Below, in pieces: positions 17,501-28,900 of a DNA stretch of 53,700 bases. The notes below the pieces were generated by a model, which ran no database searches, was not told the origin of the DNA, and saw only the letters and a list, made by a program, of their open reading frames with translations. Source of the stretch: a virus. Its lineage: Duplodnaviria; Caudoviricetes. Made by a program: the position numbers and the translations under genes. Positions within the stretch are counted from its first letter, which is position 1, and each line of letters opens with the position of its first letter. Location: the IMG/VR virus record IMGVR_UViG_3300023178_000062, positions 1 through 53,700 of that record; one strand, written 5' to 3'.

Positions 17501-20500
17501 ATAATCCAACATCTTCATTAATTTTCCAAACTGGCAGTAAATCTGTTGCTTCTCTTGTTAGAGATATTACCGATTCCAAAATTAGTTATTTCTTTAGAAG
17601 AGATTTTGTTGCTACAGGTTCATCTTCGGGTGGTTCCCTAACTTTTGCTGCTCAACTTCCATACGGAACTCAGAGATTTGTCTCCTTTACAAAGAACAAT
17701 TATGTAATGACTGTTTTGGATCCTGGCGTGGGTGATGTAGTTAATTTCCAAAAAGGTGATATAGTATACATTAGAGATGAGTACATTGATATAGAAAATT
17801 CTACAGATGAGTCTAGTGGATTAGTTGCTGGTACTGCAACAATTACTTTCCCAACTGATTATTTTGGGGAAAATATGTCTACTTACCCTAAGGTAAAATT
17901 AACTGCATCTCTTGAAGTAAGTAAAGCAAAACCAAAATTAAAAACATCCGTAAAAAATAAAAGAATTATTGTTACTTCATCAAACGATAATGTTATTCCA
18001 TTAAGAGGTAATGATTATGATTCTGGAGACATTGGAATTTTCTCATATTCCGATGTATATAAATTAGCATATGTTTATGAAGGTTCATTAACTGAACCAC
18101 CAAAAGTTGATTCTAGTGGACAATTAATTTCAGGAAAAGATGTTACCGACAGATTTATTTTTGATGATGGGCAACGTCCTTCTTACTATGATGTCTCTAG
18201 ACTCATTTTAAAACCAGGGGAGCAGGCACCAACTGGTAGGTTGGTTGTTGGTTTTGATTATTTTGAGCATTCCCAAGGAGAATTTTGCACTGTTGATTCT
18301 TATGTACATGAGTCTGGTGTTGACATTAATGACATTCCTTACTACAATTTACCTTCCGGAAGGGTTTCTCTTTCCGACGTAATTGATTTTAGACCTAAAG
18401 TAGATACAACTGTAGTAACTAGTGGTTTCCAAGATGGATCTATTTTGGCAAATCTAGATTATATTTCTTTTGATAAATCTGGCGGTGTCCCATCAGTTTC
18501 TCCTGCTCCAGATAGTAATCTAGAGTACACTGTAAAATTTGATGAGGTAAGTTATCTTAATAGAATTGATGCTTTGTTTATTGATAAAACTGGCGAATTT
18601 ATTATCAAAAAAGGAAATTCATCTAAGAATCCATCTAAACCTGATAGTGTAGAAGATTCAATTCCTTTATATTACATCTATCTTCCAGCATTATCACAAA
18701 ATTCAGAAGACATTAAAATTGTGCCTGTCGATAATCGCAGATACACAATGCGTGATATCGGCAAGTTAGAAAAGAGAATTGAAAGACTAGAATATTACAC
18801 TGCGTTGAGTATTCTTGAACAACAGGCATTGAACATGCAGATTAAGGATTCTCTAGGATTTGATAGATTTAAGGGTGGATTCTTAGTAGATAATTTTGAA
18901 AGTCATGGAGTTGGTGACGTAGAATCTTCCGAGTATGTTTGTGCTATTGATCCACAACAGTCAGTTTTAAGAGCACAAGTTTATGAAGATAATATCAAAC
19001 TTGTGGAAGCAAATACCAGAGAAGATGAAAGATTCTTTGCTGGATATCAAAAAACTGGTAACGTTATTTCGCTTCCATATACATCAACATCATTAGTTGG
19101 AAACAATTCTGCTACAAAGACTATTAATCCAAACCCATTTGTTGTTTTACAATACGTTGGAGAAATTCACATTACTCCAAACGTAGACCAGTGGTTTGAC
19201 AGCACTATTGTTCCATTGGTTACAAATAACAATACCAATTTGTTTAATGTATATATTGCGAAGAAAAATGACCCGCAGAATGCAATTGCTTCTATTTACA
19301 ATTCATTTATAATCTCCTGGAGTGGTGTTGATACTGCGTTTAATTCTATAAATTCAGTATCTACTAACAATACAAATTTTGCTGAATCTAGCACAACTAA
19401 CTCTTTAGTAGCAAGTTCTTCTAATGTAAGTCCAAACAATAATAATCTTGGAAAAGGATTATCTTCTGAGGTTAAAAATGGTGTTGCAATTTCTACTGAC
19501 ATTCAATTCTTTGCTCGTAGCATTCCAGTTAAATTTGTTGTTACGAGAATGAAACCAAGAACTACTATCTATCCATTTATTGATGGTAGAGACGTAAGTA
19601 GATGGACTATTCCTGATTCTGATTTTACCGGTATTCCAAGTTCTTCACTATCAACATTTGGTTCCACAATAACCACAGATGATGCTGGTAACGCTAGTGG
19701 TATAATTTTACTACCAGCTGGATTTGCACCAGTTCAAGGAACCTCTTGGACAGGAAATATTCTTGACGTTGTTTACGATGAGGGTTCAGAAAAACTCAAT
19801 TTGGTATCTGGTAAAAAAACTATTAGATTTACTTCAAGTCAAACAAATGAGCAAAAAGATGTAGTTGATTCTTATGCTGAGGTTGTATTCTATTCACAAG
19901 GAACTAAACCACAGAATCCACCATCTATAATTTCCACACAACCTTCTCTATTCAAATCAAATGAAGGAATTCAATTTGTGGAAAGCAATACAGATAATCC
20001 AATAAAACCAAATCCTTTAGCACAGACTTTTAGAATAGAAAATTTTGATGGTGGTGTATTTGCGACAGGTATAGATCTATTCTTCAGTAAGAAAAGTTCT
20101 AGTATACCAGTAAAAGTATATTTAACTGATGTTAATATTGGAAAACCCGGAAAAAATATTATTCCAGGAACACAAAAAATATTATTACCCAAAACCTATT
20201 TGAAAGTTACTTCAACTGGTTCTATAACAATTAGAAATGATGATTTAATTTCTGGTGTAACTTCAGGTTCAATTGGACCTCTTGAAAAAATCTTGGATAG
20301 AAATGGAAATGAAGTTACTCTAATTGGCGGAGTAAATTATAACCTAACTAACGAACAAGTATACACTTTTGTTCTATCAAATCATAATGGTAAGTCATTT
20401 ATTCAAGACGAAGCATTATCTTCAGCATCAATTACTTCCTATAATAATACAAACAATACAAATATTCAACTAAAAATTACTAAAGATTATGGTAAAATTT

Positions 20501-22176
20501 CAAAATTTGTTGTTGAAAACGTTGGTTCAAATTATGATGGAGCAATTTTAACTGTTGAAAGTCCACAACTACCAGGCGAAAGTCAAGCAGCTGTTGCTCC
20601 TTATGTTTCTAATGGTATTGTATATGATGCAGAATTATCCTTACCTGGTTCCGGATATACATCTGCACCATCAGTTATTGTAAAAGGAATTGGTAGTGGT
20701 GCAAATGGTGCTATAGTTAGAGCAATCCTTGATATTGATACTCCTGCAGTGAGAATGGGAGTTGCTGTTGATGATGGATCTAATCCAAATTCAGCAACAC
20801 CAACCAAATTTGTGTTTGAAAATCCTGTTTATTTACAAAATGATTCTGATTATGCTATACAAATTGAAACTGACTCCACAGATTATCTATTGTGGACATC
20901 AAAACTTGGAGATGTTGAGGAATTAACAGGCGTTAAGGTAAGTTCTCAACCTTTACTTGGTTCTTTATACAGGTCACAAAATACTGACACTTGGGTTGAA
21001 GATTTATTTGAAGATCTTAAATTTACATTAAATCGAGCAAAATTTGATATTTCTAAACCGTCTAGTTTAACACTAGTAAATGACGATTTAGAATATCAAA
21101 AATTATCTCTAAACCCAATAGAGACTAATTCTGGTTCTAATACTAATGCCACATCAGATTTATTTAAATCTAATAATTCTGTGTTTAAAGTTTATCAGAG
21201 AAATCATGGTTTTGAAGGTAAAGGGAACTCAAAAGTTTTCTTTAGATCTGTAGATAATTTTGCAGGATTATCAGGAACTTCATTCATTCAGAATTATTAT
21301 ACTGCAAATTCTGTTGGTATTGATACATATACAATCAAATCTATTTCTCAGGCGGGAGATAGTGTAAGAGGTGGGGGTTCTAATGTTTACGCAACACAGA
21401 ACATTAAATTTGAAAAAATTTATGCTGACATTGCAAATTTACAGGCACCCAATACAAAAATTACATCTTCAATTAAAACTACCAATGTAGTCCCAATTGA
21501 CAACCCAACAAATAACTATGTGTCATATAGCACATCAGATTTCGAAACAACTTTCTTAAATCAAGAACAATATTTTGAGAATCAAAAATTTGTTTGTTCA
21601 AAAATTAATGAGGTATTAAATGATACTGGTAAATCTTTAGCATACAAATTTGATTTGTCTTCTGAGGTAGATTACCTATCACCAATCATTGATCTTAGAA
21701 ATGTAAGTGTAAAGACTTCATCTTCTAGAGTAGAAAATGCAACTGGTTATGAAGATAGATATGGCAAGAGGTATCAACTACTAGAATTCTGGCCAGTGTA
21801 TCAATTTGTTATTCAAGGTGTAAATACAGCGGAAACTCCAATTGCGGAACTACAAGTAATTAGGGGAAGATTGTCTGGAGCACAAGGTATTGTAGTTTCA
21901 GCAGATGGTTCTAATCTTGTAGTGAGAATGAACAACAATGGTATTTTTGAAACAAACGAGGGTATTATCTTTAGTGACCCAACCAATTTAACATTAAATG
22001 ATAATTTAAATATAAAAATTGCTAGTGAAAGTATTATTAATAAGATTAATCCCCAATTTAATATTAACGATGGAGTAGTTGCGTATAACCCAACTGCTGA
22101 TGTAGATTATAATAATATTATTGACGGTAAGGTAATTCTATGGGATGGTAAGACTGGAATTCTTACAATTTCATGA
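14572..22176 (+). CDS. VrlC-like (DUF4815-type) large virion structural protein, main part
   Basis: N-terminal NLNVSPYYDDF...FYRVLFRPGYSVQSRELTTLQSILQ, LARRTFDESGDY, RRYTMRDIGKLEKRIERLEYYT, PLAQTF; the gene that normally follows gp8 in cyanomyoviruses. Confidence 0.85.
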   Translation: MAQNTNLNVSPYYDDFNRDKDFYRVLFRPGYSVQSRELTTLQSILQEQIERYGNYQFKQGELVTPGEVGLNTKLNYVKLSSVSEVAINEGGEIVYRKYDISGLVGGTLVGVTSGVQATVLAVKTETTSNSDTLFVSYISSGDSTTEPTFRQGELLEVVDGVNTPVLTVGTDGAVLPNFISITDVETEITETVFSPALGLAAAVDIQEGIYFVNGFFVRNSSQLLIVDPYNNKPSAKVAFNITENIITPEFDESLYDNSRGSSNFSAPGSHRLQIELVAQSYGYNEILDKNSIELITIKNGSVLKKIKQKEYNVLEETLARRTFDESGDYVVDNFTFDVREYVQTSDNTGLFSVNSSTGLVNGLPQSEAKQKLIGTVGPGKAYVKGYEIINKETKYLTLDKATDTIQRNNVLLKYNGASSFYVTNVYGSVPVNAEGVELESYPSIYLMNTFNDGGVGLNGLTNTFRNTDNHRGELMSDGPPDSVGFDLDLEPSDIAVKTIWVERSTQILPSYVETFLPAPGDLLWVIRNYDVQEGSGTTRTATTERVRVVSTALVKNEKVAPGSAVRYAEITIAGKRDVVDALFKDFDLGDQQSRRRVFLSYENAFTVNALPTEDEQGNPIVPPLTRENYYWGTIVDYTDAVSPVIGLCKPSNFILEKYGDGFNPIKDKIASKGIRDEQEEYNSIFKFGYFAPQFFTRLKLTEFITDGFRPGKYVNGITSGAYGVVEGTTGGVYSSTDVLHLKVQSGKFVEGETLVDEDGNLLKVATSNTISHFVIHNQGTSYNSSSVAIIDGQVYDRSKIAINRVDDGVQLATISIEDDVVRDIKYVNPPTIRITEGTGAIVTAVLFQETVKTYTPQDVKSFYGSYGSGSQGQNIFTADVVSDNANYATFTKISDSTFSGEKGLNYLSVNSLSTNLSQILKQTDIVQYVDDLGNVTRAIVLYSTASTGTQKARVYLDSVLRENVSSSILNKISTKVDNPTSSLIFQTGSKSVASLVRDITDSKISYFFRRDFVATGSSSGGSLTFAAQLPYGTQRFVSFTKNNYVMTVLDPGVGDVVNFQKGDIVYIRDEYIDIENSTDESSGLVAGTATITFPTDYFGENMSTYPKVKLTASLEVSKAKPKLKTSVKNKRIIVTSSNDNVIPLRGNDYDSGDIGIFSYSDVYKLAYVYEGSLTEPPKVDSSGQLISGKDVTDRFIFDDGQRPSYYDVSRLILKPGEQAPTGRLVVGFDYFEHSQGEFCTVDSYVHESGVDINDIPYYNLPSGRVSLSDVIDFRPKVDTTVVTSGFQDGSILANLDYISFDKSGGVPSVSPAPDSNLEYTVKFDEVSYLNRIDALFIDKTGEFIIKKGNSSKNPSKPDSVEDSIPLYYIYLPALSQNSEDIKIVPVDNRRYTMRDIGKLEKRIERLEYYTALSILEQQALNMQIKDSLGFDRFKGGFLVDNFESHGVGDVESSEYVCAIDPQQSVLRAQVYEDNIKLVEANTREDERFFAGYQKTGNVISLPYTSTSLVGNNSATKTINPNPFVVLQYVGEIHITPNVDQWFDSTIVPLVTNNNTNLFNVYIAKKNDPQNAIASIYNSFIISWSGVDTAFNSINSVSTNNTNFAESSTTNSLVASSSNVSPNNNNLGKGLSSEVKNGVAISTDIQFFARSIPVKFVVTRMKPRTTIYPFIDGRDVSRWTIPDSDFTGIPSSSLSTFGSTITTDDAGNASGIILLPAGFAPVQGTSWTGNILDVVYDEGSEKLNLVSGKKTIRFTSSQTNEQKDVVDSYAEVVFYSQGTKPQNPPSIISTQPSLFKSNEGIQFVESNTDNPIKPNPLAQTFRIENFDGGVFATGIDLFFSKKSSSIPVKVYLTDVNIGKPGKNIIPGTQKILLPKTYLKVTSTGSITIRNDDLISGVTSGSIGPLEKILDRNGNEVTLIGGVNYNLTNEQVYTFVLSNHNGKSFIQDEALSSASITSYNNTNNTNIQLKITKDYGKISKFVVENVGSNYDGAILTVESPQLPGESQAAVAPYVSNGIVYDAELSLPGSGYTSAPSVIVKGIGSGANGAIVRAILDIDTPAVRMGVAVDDGSNPNSATPTKFVFENPVYLQNDSDYAIQIETDSTDYLLWTSKLGDVEELTGVKVSSQPLLGSLYRSQNTDTWVEDLFEDLKFTLNRAKFDISKPSSLTLVNDDLEYQKLSLNPIETNSGSNTNATSDLFKSNNSVFKVYQRNHGFEGKGNSKVFFRSVDNFAGLSGTSFIQNYYTANSVGIDTYTIKSISQAGDSVRGGGSNVYATQNIKFEKIYADIANLQAPNTKITSSIKTTNVVPIDNPTNNYVSYSTSDFETTFLNQEQYFENQKFVCSKINEVLNDTGKSLAYKFDLSSEVDYLSPIIDLRNVSVKTSSSRVENATGYEDRYGKRYQLLEFWPVYQFVIQGVNTAETPIAELQVIRGRLSGAQGIVVSADGSNLVVRMNNNGIFETNEGIIFSDPTNLTLNDNLNIKIASESIINKINPQFNINDGVVAYNPTADVDYNNIIDGKVILWDGKTGILTIS

Positions 22177-22771
22177 GAAGAAACCAATTAATGATGATTA
22201 CACTTCTGCAACAATTCCCAATAGTGACTATTCCAGAAATTCTACTCTCGCAAGCCAGGTTCCTGATGTGTTCAGAGTAAATGATTATATTAAATTTGAT
22301 GGAACATTAGAGGGTTCAGAAAGATATCTACAAATTAAATCAATTAACTATTCAACCGGAATAGATTACAGAGATGACGTAGAAATTACAAATACATCAT
22401 CTATTTGTAAATATCTTACAAAAGAAGCAAATCTTTCAGTTCCTAGTACAAGTCTTGATGTGAGAATTACATCTAACAGTAAAGATGTTGGCGATATTAA
22501 AATTTTCTATAGAATCTTGGAAAGTTCTTCTCAAGAAGTGCTATCCAATTTTAGATGGACTGAAATGCCTGTAGATTTACTTGGCACTGAATTTAAAAAG
22601 AAAGATTCTATTGCTGGTGCTTTCGAGAGAAGAGAAGATTATCAGGAAATTAAATACTACATCAATGATTTGCCTGAATTTACTAAGTATCAAATAAAAA
22701 TTATTCTTAGAAGTGATGACCCAGTATATACACCAAAGGTACAAGATATTAGAATTGTAGCGTCAGTATGA
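22145..22771 (+). CDS. Probable C-terminal domain of the VrlC-like protein, in the +1 frame
   Basis: KYLTKE...SLDV...LPEFTKYQIKIILRS..P...PKVQDIRIVA is the ending expected for this family. Overlaps the upstream ORF by 32 nt; no clear RBS before the ATG at 22145. Confidence 0.7.
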   Translation: MVRLEFLQFHEKKPINDDYTSATIPNSDYSRNSTLASQVPDVFRVNDYIKFDGTLEGSERYLQIKSINYSTGIDYRDDVEITNTSSICKYLTKEANLSVPSTSLDVRITSNSKDVGDIKIFYRILESSSQEVLSNFRWTEMPVDLLGTEFKKKDSIAGAFERREDYQEIKYYINDLPEFTKYQIKIILRSDDPVYTPKVQDIRIVASV

Positions 22772-22971
22772 TGAAAAATTATTATAAAGTGGAAGGTCAC
22801 GAAAATTTGTATCGTGACCCAAATACTCATGCAATTATTAACACTGAAAAACCCAATAAAAACCAGTTGAGACAGCATCTTGACACAACTGCGGACGACA
22901 TAAATAGTTTGAAGGAAGATATACGGGAACTTAAACTTCTGTTACTGGAGCATATAAAGAAACATGGCTAA
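22768..22971 (+). CDS. Small conserved cyanophage protein with C-terminal coiled coil
   Basis: KVEGHENLYRDPNTHAIIN followed by heptad DINSLKEDIRELKLLL; overlaps both neighbours. Confidence 0.8.
   Translation: MMKNYYKVEGHENLYRDPNTHAIINTEKPNKNQLRQHLDTTADDINSLKEDIRELKLLLLEHIKKHG
22899..22906 (+). promoter_or_regulatory. Intragenic late promoter for the 2918-aa gene
   Basis: CATAAATA about 60 nt upstream of the ATG at 22964. Confidence 0.55.
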
Positions 22972-25900
22972 AAGAGAAGTAAAAAGATCATTTACCTTTG
23001 AGCAACAACGCCAGGAAATCAACCTGCTTGCTGATGATACAGGTGATAAAGATCTACTGACTACCACAGATAAAAATTCTCTAGTTGATTCTATCAACGA
23101 AGTAGTCACTGTTCCAGAGGACGAAATTTTCGTTGACCAAATTGCAACAAGTTCATCTGAGCAAAGGATGGTCTTTGTTGATGAGGCGACCCGTATTGCT
23201 GCAGCAGACTATGAAACTATTGGCAGTAAGCCATCTGGTACTCTTCCCGGTTATAATCCAGATTTTGGTCGTTTAGCATATGATGCGGTAAGTGATACTG
23301 ATGCCACTAGATTTACATATAATTCTTCGACTGATCTCCTCCGTGTTCCCAATGTAAAGGCGGATATCAGAAATAGAAACAACGAAGGTATTTCCGATTC
23401 TCCAGGTCAGGAAATACTTGATATTAATGTAAATGTTGATGGTCATTCTCCTTCAGAAACAGCAAGATTAACTGGTAGACTGAGAACTCAGGCTACTAAT
23501 TCCCCTATTGAAATTCAGAAGAGTTTACTTAAACTAGAGCAGAGAGCAAGAGCAGAAATTTCTAATGGTTCTGCAATTGATTTATTTACGGGGCAAGATG
23601 TTGGTGCATATATTAATGTAACTAACAACAAGAAAATTTTATATGTTAGTGCTGATGATGAGAACGCTACAGATATTCCATCTAATGATGGTAGCAATAT
23701 CAACAGACCATTCAAATCTATTGAAAGAGCACTGATTGAAGCAGCAAAGAGAAGTTATGTTGCCCCTGGTGTTGGTTCAGAAGAAGGTGAAACTGGTGCT
23801 GACCTGTTTGAAAATTTTACAATTCTACTCTTTCCAGGTGAATATATCATTGACAACTCTCCTGGCGTTGATGCAAATGGAGATGCTTTTACTGCAGCAG
23901 ATATTGAAGAAGAAATTAAGTCAAGACAAGGTGAGGTATATAACAGCACCACAAGTTTTGCAAACGAACTAAAGAAATTTAATCCTGTTGAAGGTGGACT
24001 TATTGTACCTAGAGGTACATCTATCGTAGGTTTAGACCTGCGTAAAACTTTAATTAGACCTAAGTATGTTCCCGATCCTGCAGATGATGCGGTATCTAGT
24101 TCTGCTATGTTCAGGCTGACAGGTGCTTGCTACATCTGGCAGTTTACTATTAAGGATACTCCTAACGCATTTGGAAGTCATCATAAACTAACTGCTTTTG
24201 AATATGCCAACTATCATCAGTTAGAGAACTACTACAAAAAAATTGACAAATATAGTAGAAATGATGAGACAACTAATCCTCCTGCTGGAAGATTTAAAGA
24301 TGCTGAAAATATTCTACTAGATAACAAGCGTTTTATTGCTCAACTTGCTGTTGCTTATGTTGAAAGAAATAACGCTACTTTATCAGCAAATATTGACATT
24401 TTAACTGATGGTTTAGATCCAAATTTCCCAGGAGGAGTAGTAAACTTAGATGGCAGTGTAGCAGACCCAACACAAACAGTTGGTGAGTCTTGTGTAGATG
24501 ATACTGTTCTACTTATTGAGAGAATTGCTTACAACCTAGCGCATGGCGGAAACAATCGTGTTGTAGAAGCAGCACAATTCTATCGTGACAATAATGTACT
24601 ACTTGGAGAAGAAGCAGAAGCAGTAGAAGTATTCCAAGCAGCAAATGAGATTTGTCAATATATTGTAAATAACTATGATGTCCTAGAAGATAAAAATAAC
24701 GTAATTACAAGAGACTTTGCTCCCGGTGGAGTAAGTGTTCTTGATACCACACTACTGAATGTTGATACTACATTTAGCTCACAGATATTTGATTTCAATC
24801 TTTTACCAGACCTTAGTGCTCAAACTGCTGGATATGAGATTGACGACCCAACAGACCCAGCAGGATGTGCTAATGTAAGAAGTGCTATCAACACATTCTG
24901 GGATATAATTATTCAAGCTGTTGATGTCGATGCCGATCCCGGTTCACCCATTGGTCCAACAGGTGAAGAGGATTACAACCAGAGAATTGAAGAAAACAGA
25001 ATTGTTGGTTTCGTCCAGAACAAGTATCTGTCTGACACTGTTGCTTCAGCATCTCCATATGTATTCAACATCTCACTACGCTCTGTATGGGGTCTGTGTG
25101 GTCTCTTGAGCGACGGTGCTCAGTCCACAGGTCTTCGCTCTATGGTGCTGGCGCAATACACTGGCATCTCCCTACAGAGAGATGATAGGGCATTCATTTT
25201 GAATGGAACTACCACAAGTCAGGTAGAAGACCCTGACGAGAGACATTCTAACTCTATTGCTGAGTATAGAAAAGATTGGAGACACTTCCACATTAAGTCC
25301 AGAAACAATTCATTCCTACAGATTGTGTCTGTGTTCGCTGTGGGACAGGCAGACCACTTCACAGTAGAGACAGGTGGAGACCATTCAATTACAAACTCCA
25401 ACTCAAACTTTGGTAATCAATCTCTGATTGCTGTATCTCACAGAACAGAAATCTTCAAGCAGGACAATGGTGCTTTCATTGTTGGACTAGTTCCACCTAG
25501 AGGATTGGATCCCACTAGAGAAAGTAGAGTTAACATCTACAATATTGATTTTGGTTCAACTTTAGCAAGATGGAATGCTGGAGATATTAATTCAAATACC
25601 GAAGGATTTAGAAAAATTTATGTTAAAGTAGACGGAGAATCACTAATCAAAGAAGGTGATATTCCAGAATACTACTCCATACGTCCAGGAACAACACAAG
25701 AACAAGCAGAACTATTAGTTGATGATGTAAATTACCTTTTAGGTAAGAGACAGTATTCTGATGGAGATCCAGAAGCAATTTATGCAAGACTACCAAAGAA
25801 TTTTGACGAATCTCAACTAGAGACTTTTGCTGCAAGATTAAGAGACAACACTACATTTGCTGGTACTCCAGACCAGTATGACCCAGCAGATGTATATTCC

Positions 25901-28900
25901 GAAGGAAAAATTTCTACCGAGGCAACACTTTTAACTGGTGGTTCTATTGCAGCGGCATCTCTTGAAACTTCAGTTAAAAGTTTCTATGCCATCCAAAGCA
26001 CTTCCACATTAAACTTTGGTGATGTTGGATTCGGAACTAATGAAATTATCACTGGAACTGATATTAGTAATGCTTTCCCAACTTCCCCAACAAATGCTGT
26101 TCATTTTGGATTTCCCTCTGGTGGTGGAGTTGCTGCAGCAACGACTAGATATAAATTAATGGTCGGAACCAATACCGGCGATTTTAGATTTGAAATTGCA
26201 GAAGCATCTATTAAAACAGTTGCATGTGAAGGAACCTCTGTTCCTGTAGCAGATACAGATTCAGATTTAGAAAATATTTTATATCAAGCAGTATCAGGTG
26301 TTCCTCAAGCAGGTCAAGTTCAATACACATATAATCAAGTAGTGTATGGGGGAAGCGCCGCAATTGATGCATTGAGAGCAACAGGGCAAGGTGCTAGATT
26401 TGATGTTTATAGAACAAAAAATGAAAATAGATATGTAGTCAAACTCGATGCTAGAGGTATTTCATATAATATTGGAGATACTTTTACAATTGATGGCGCA
26501 GATTTAGGTGGTATCTCTTCTACAGATCCAGCGGGACACGTTCTTACTTTAGACAATGCTACTCTATCTGGAGGAACCGGATATACTGTAGGGACTAATA
26601 TTGCAACCACTGGCGGCACAGGAACTAATTTAACAGTTGATATTATTTCCGTTGACTCAAATGGTGCTATTACAGAACTCAGAGTTAATAATGGTGGTTC
26701 TGGTTACAATGCTGCTGGAGGAGAATCAGTAAGTATTTCTGGAGGAACAATTGCAGCAACCATAGAAACTGAAATTGTTGAGCTAGATCCAACATTAAAT
26801 AACAACGATTTAATTATCCACGTTGTTGCAAATGACAATAGTGGTAATGGTATTGGTAGAAATAATGACTACCCTGTACTTTTCTCCAACTCATCTGCAT
26901 CCGCAGAAACATTAAGCGTAAGGATGTTCATCCGAGACGTAACTCTACCAGCAAATATATCTTACGAAACAAACGATTTATATACTTTTAATTCAATTAA
27001 TGACATTGATTATACTATCCCCAGTGGTGGATTTGATTCCGAATATATTTTCTCCTTAGTCCAAACAACAGGACCAAATCCATGGCAAAATTTTGGTGTA
27101 GTAGCACCAACGGATCCAACTGTTGGTTCCACAACTATTGTTAAAAATAGATTACTTGGTGGTTCCGGATTTAGTGCCACATCAGGATTTAATACAATAA
27201 AATTCCCAGGTTCTTTATTGGGTGGAGTTGATGGAACAAATGATTTCACAGTAACTATCAATACAATTGGTGGTGCCACAATTCCAACTTTGAACTTTAA
27301 CGCTGATAATAGTATTAAGAGAAAATATTATGGTTGGGAGTTTGCAAGAACTATTAATGGAGAATACTATGGTCGCCTAGCAATTCTTGTTGATGACGAG
27401 AGGAGAGGTGGAACCGTAACTATTGAAGGTATTCCCGGAGAATTTGATTATACAAATACTGGAACTAAATTTAACGGATATACCTCTTCCACTAATGTAA
27501 ATGCAACTGCAACTACACAAGCTGGATTGCAATTATCTAGAACCATTACTGGCATTGTTAATAACACTCCTGGCGCTAGCACATTTACTATTACAGTTTC
27601 AAATCCCGTTGATAAACCAGCTCACCCATTCTTTGTTGGTGATGAAGTTTATTTTGACGAAACAAATAATTCTGATGGTTCTTCCCTATCTGGTCCATAT
27701 GTGGTAAGAGAAAGAACTAATGATACAGAATTTGTAATTGGTGTCTCTAATGCAGCAAATCTACCTACCGCTAATTGGATTACTGGTGGAGATGTTTATA
27801 AATTCTCTGAATCTAAGACTATCCCTGTTCAAGCAACAGTCGGAAACATTGTAATTAACCAGGGTGAAATTACAGCAATCTATCCTAATGATTGGGTAAT
27901 TGGAGCACCAGGTCCACAGGATTACACTAGTGGTTGGACATCATCTGGTTCTAAATTAAGTTATGATGATGTTTTTATTCTAGATACAGGTTCAGATACA
28001 CCTTTCTTACCAGAAACAACAATCACATTTACTATTACAACAGGAGTATTGATTACCAGAGCTGGTCTTACATATAGTAGTGCTGGTATTAAAGAAGAAG
28101 GTTATCTAACTGGTAGTGCATTGGGTGTTGACTACAAACCATTTGATGAAACTAGAACATTAGAGCAAAACCAAGTTACTTATGATCCTGAGTTCTCAAC
28201 TACTAACGAAAACTTATCTCTATTAAGAAGAATAACACAAAGAGTTGATACAAATCCTGTTTCTGGAGCACTTGAGCAAAGCGATAATTTTGAATTCAAT
28301 GATAACGTTATTAGTTCTCTTTATGTTAATAGAATTCAAGATTCTAGAGCAGCAAATGGTAATAATGAATTGCTATGGAGATTGATTTGTAAAGTTCCTA
28401 AGGATGGATATAATAATATTAAGTTAAGAGCACCGGAAGGTAAGTTTATTATTCACCTTAAGGATCCTGGTATTGGATTTGGTGATGAAACACTAGACTA
28501 TCCTTTTGTCTATGATTCTGCCCAAACAGGTATCATTAGAAAGTTCTCTGTAGAGACAGTAGGTACAGATGAGGTGGCAGCGTCACCATCTACTCAAGAA
28601 TTCAAAAAGAGTTTGAAGAGAGGTGGAAACGGAACCTATACAGATTATGCAGAACTTGACATCGGTTCTGGTGTTGGTGGAGAAACTTTAGTACCATCCG
28701 ATGCTACATTTACTGTTGCTAGTGGAGAAGTATCTCTTGTCAATCCAGGAACAAATTATAATAAGGGTGATAAATTAACTTTACCTGGCGGCACAGTAAT
28801 TATTGTTACTGAAGCTGTCACAACATATCCTAAATCATTCTTCGTTAGACAGGTAGAACCAATTGTTGAATATGAGTACAACGTGAGAGATGGATACTAT

